Origin: Candidatus Thorarchaeota archaeon
GTDB taxonomy: Archaea > Asgardarchaeota > Thorarchaeia > Thorarchaeales > Thorarchaeaceae
Assembly: GCA_046758445.1 (NCBI GenBank)
Contig: JBHIAE010000053.1
Span: 1 to 19,113, forward strand
Direction of reading: 5' to 3'
DNA length: 19,113 nucleotides
A program made the position numbers and the translations under genes. The notes below the pieces were generated by a model. The model worked only from the letters and a program-made list of their open reading frames with translations, was not told the DNA's origin and ran no database searches. Positions 17,944 through 19,113 of this stretch are shown in pieces; the stretch's first letter is position 1, and each line of letters opens with the position of its first letter.

Positions 17944-18106
17944 GACCACCTCATGCATCGGCTCTATGCGGCAGGCATCCATTCGCTCTTCAAAGAGCAT
18001 TTCGATAGCCGCTCTGTCTGGTCCAGTCTCCCCACGACCTCATACGGGTCAAGCTTAAAACCGGCCAGCCGATACATCTGTGGTCTTCTGTCAAATGCCC
18101 GTTAGA
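17944..18106 (-). ncRNA. Putative bridge RNA / seekRNA of the IS110 element
   Basis: A basal stem (18067-85 with 17944-63) encloses two stem/internal-loop/hairpin arms. The loop segments match the reconstructed target and donor sites. The ends are approximate. Confidence 0.75.
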
Positions 18107-18410
18107 GGTTTTTCATATCGTCTCCCCTCAAAAGACACGGGTTCCTCCTCAGGGAAGGGCCTGTGACGCGGTTAGGGGCGATTCCATCTTACAGCCCTCC
18201 GATGGCTTTACGGTAAGGTGGTCACTCAAAACATATGCTTCATTCTACAGGGGAGTGCCTGTCATACAGTAGTTGAAGTTGTTAACGTGGTCCACCGAGA
18301 AACACCCCTTCCAGATAGAGGGGTAGATTCCTTGGGGAAGGTAAGGGTACACTCCCCTGAACGCACAAGCGTCTAGTAATGGAGCGACCTGCGCGCGCAT
18401 GAGGGGATGC

Positions 18411-18635
18411 TCACTCCTCTTCTTCGTCCGCAACGATCAACCAGAGGAGGTCCTTGGCAATCACGAACCCGCCCACCCTGTAGGGCTCCTCAGTATCACT
18501 GATGATTTCCTCCATGAGCCTCTTGGGTGGAGTCGTGAGATACTGTGGCTCTCCATTTCTCCGCGTCCGCTTGGTGATCTTCAGTTGATAGATGCGTGTG
18601 CCCTTCGGATGCCTTGGCAGTCTGACCACTCTCAA
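18411..18635 (-). CDS. Small protein, possibly AbrB/SpoVT-like DNA-binding (copy B)
   Basis: 74 aa paralog of 16195-16419; TTG start with GGGTGA RBS. Confidence 0.7.
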   Translation of the reverse strand: MRVVRLPRHPKGTRIYQLKITKRTRRNGEPQYLTTPPKRLMEEIISDTEEPYRVGGFVIAKDLLWLIVADEEEE

Positions 18636-18665
18636 CGTCTATCACCCACACCCCTAGAGATGAAG

Positions 18666-18959
18666 TTACTGCCTGAGCCTATAGACTGTTATCCTCTCGG
18701 TCAGTGAACTCATGGCCTCACTGAACATGAACTCAAGGCGAACGAGTGCGTCATCGATCACAGAGTAGTCCTCATCGGTGGATGGACCCTCCCATGCAGA
18801 CTCGGTGTTGACACGGGTGAACTCTCTCAGGGCAAACATCCCATGGGTCCTCCCACGCTCGCCATAAGGGACGTCATCGCTGTGGTAGTTCCTCAGGATG
18901 GTCCACCGATGGTTGAACAGCTGCACGTCAATCACGGTGTCTAGGTCGTCCGGCGTCAT
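18666..18959 (-). CDS. Hypothetical acidic protein ORF1, 97 aa (copy B, intact)
   Basis: Paralog of 16448-16741 with many third-position differences. The ATG is conserved in both copies (an alternative TTG lies at 18983). Confidence 0.75.
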   Translation of the reverse strand: MTPDDLDTVIDVQLFNHRWTILRNYHSDDVPYGERGRTHGMFALREFTRVNTESAWEGPSTDEDYSVIDDALVRLEFMFSEAMSSLTERITVYRLRQ

Positions 18960-18993
18960 GCTATCGAGTCCCCCAAGGCCCAATTTAAGCCCG

Positions 18994-19029
18994 CACTATT
19001 ACTAGTAATAATGTATGAGTATATAAGCT
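18994..19029 (-). promoter_or_regulatory. TATA box plus palindromic operator-like site, copy B
   Basis: AGCTTATATA on the minus strand plus the TATTACTAGTAATA palindrome, as in copy A. Confidence 0.65.
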
Positions 19030-19113
19030 GCGGTCATCACACAGGGACATGTCCACGACCAGCCTCTTGCAGTGTGGTTATCAACAGTCCACACTGGCAT
19101 ACCCCAAGACCAT

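Larger units (their letters stand above)
16812..18123 (-). mobile_element. Complete IS110-family (IS1111-type) insertion sequence, 1312 bp
   Basis: Perfect 10-bp sub-terminal inverted repeats ATGAAAAACC (16815-24) and GGTTTTTCAT (18107-16) sit 3 and 7 nt from the ends. A CT core occurs at both junctions (16810-11, 18122-23). Homology with the empty paralog breaks exactly at 16811. Confidence 0.85.
18268..19029 (-). repeat. Diverged tandem duplication, copy B (intact)
   Basis: Homologous to about 15975-16811. Confidence 0.85.

Noticed and set aside
17941-18000. N-terminal extension of the transposase from ATG 18000
   Set aside because: It overlaps the structured ncRNA. IS110 proteins start a few residues before GxD, and an RBS precedes TTG 17940.
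17509-18105. 198-aa plus-strand ORF
   Set aside because: Antisense shadow of the transposase with no motifs.
18216-18224. AGGTGGTCA complementary to the transposase RBS region, suggesting a longer IS end
   Set aside because: It lies outside the end defined by the inverted repeat, the CT core and the guide matches, so it is probably chance.

Overview
Archaeal genomic window, probably Asgard (Thorarchaeia-like); this is inferred from the archaeal 23S rRNA signatures, an enlarged H98/ES39, a WD40 protein and the gene mix. Positions 1-11.6 kb hold housekeeping and accessory genes: a MIG-type HhH-GPD glycosylase, an Eis-like GNAT, Zn-finger proteins, a nucleoside phosphorylase, two adjacent SPPY DNA methyltransferases, a geranylgeranyl reductase, an M28 peptidase, WD40, a RuvC-less TnpB-like protein, an NTase-HEPN-like protein and a bacterial-type RNase PH. 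Positions 11.6-15.5 kb hold a stand-alone 23S rRNA unit with tandem promoters, a canonical bulge-helix-bulge (BHB) processing stem and two ORF-less insertions (31 and 216 nt) in the peptidyl-transferase region. Positions 15.5-19.1 kb hold a diverged tandem duplication of a two-gene cassette. One copy is interrupted at the edge of its TATA box by a complete IS1111-type (IS110 family) element. The upstream non-coding end of that element folds into a two-loop bridge/seek RNA, and its four guide segments match the reconstructed target and donor junctions visible in this window.
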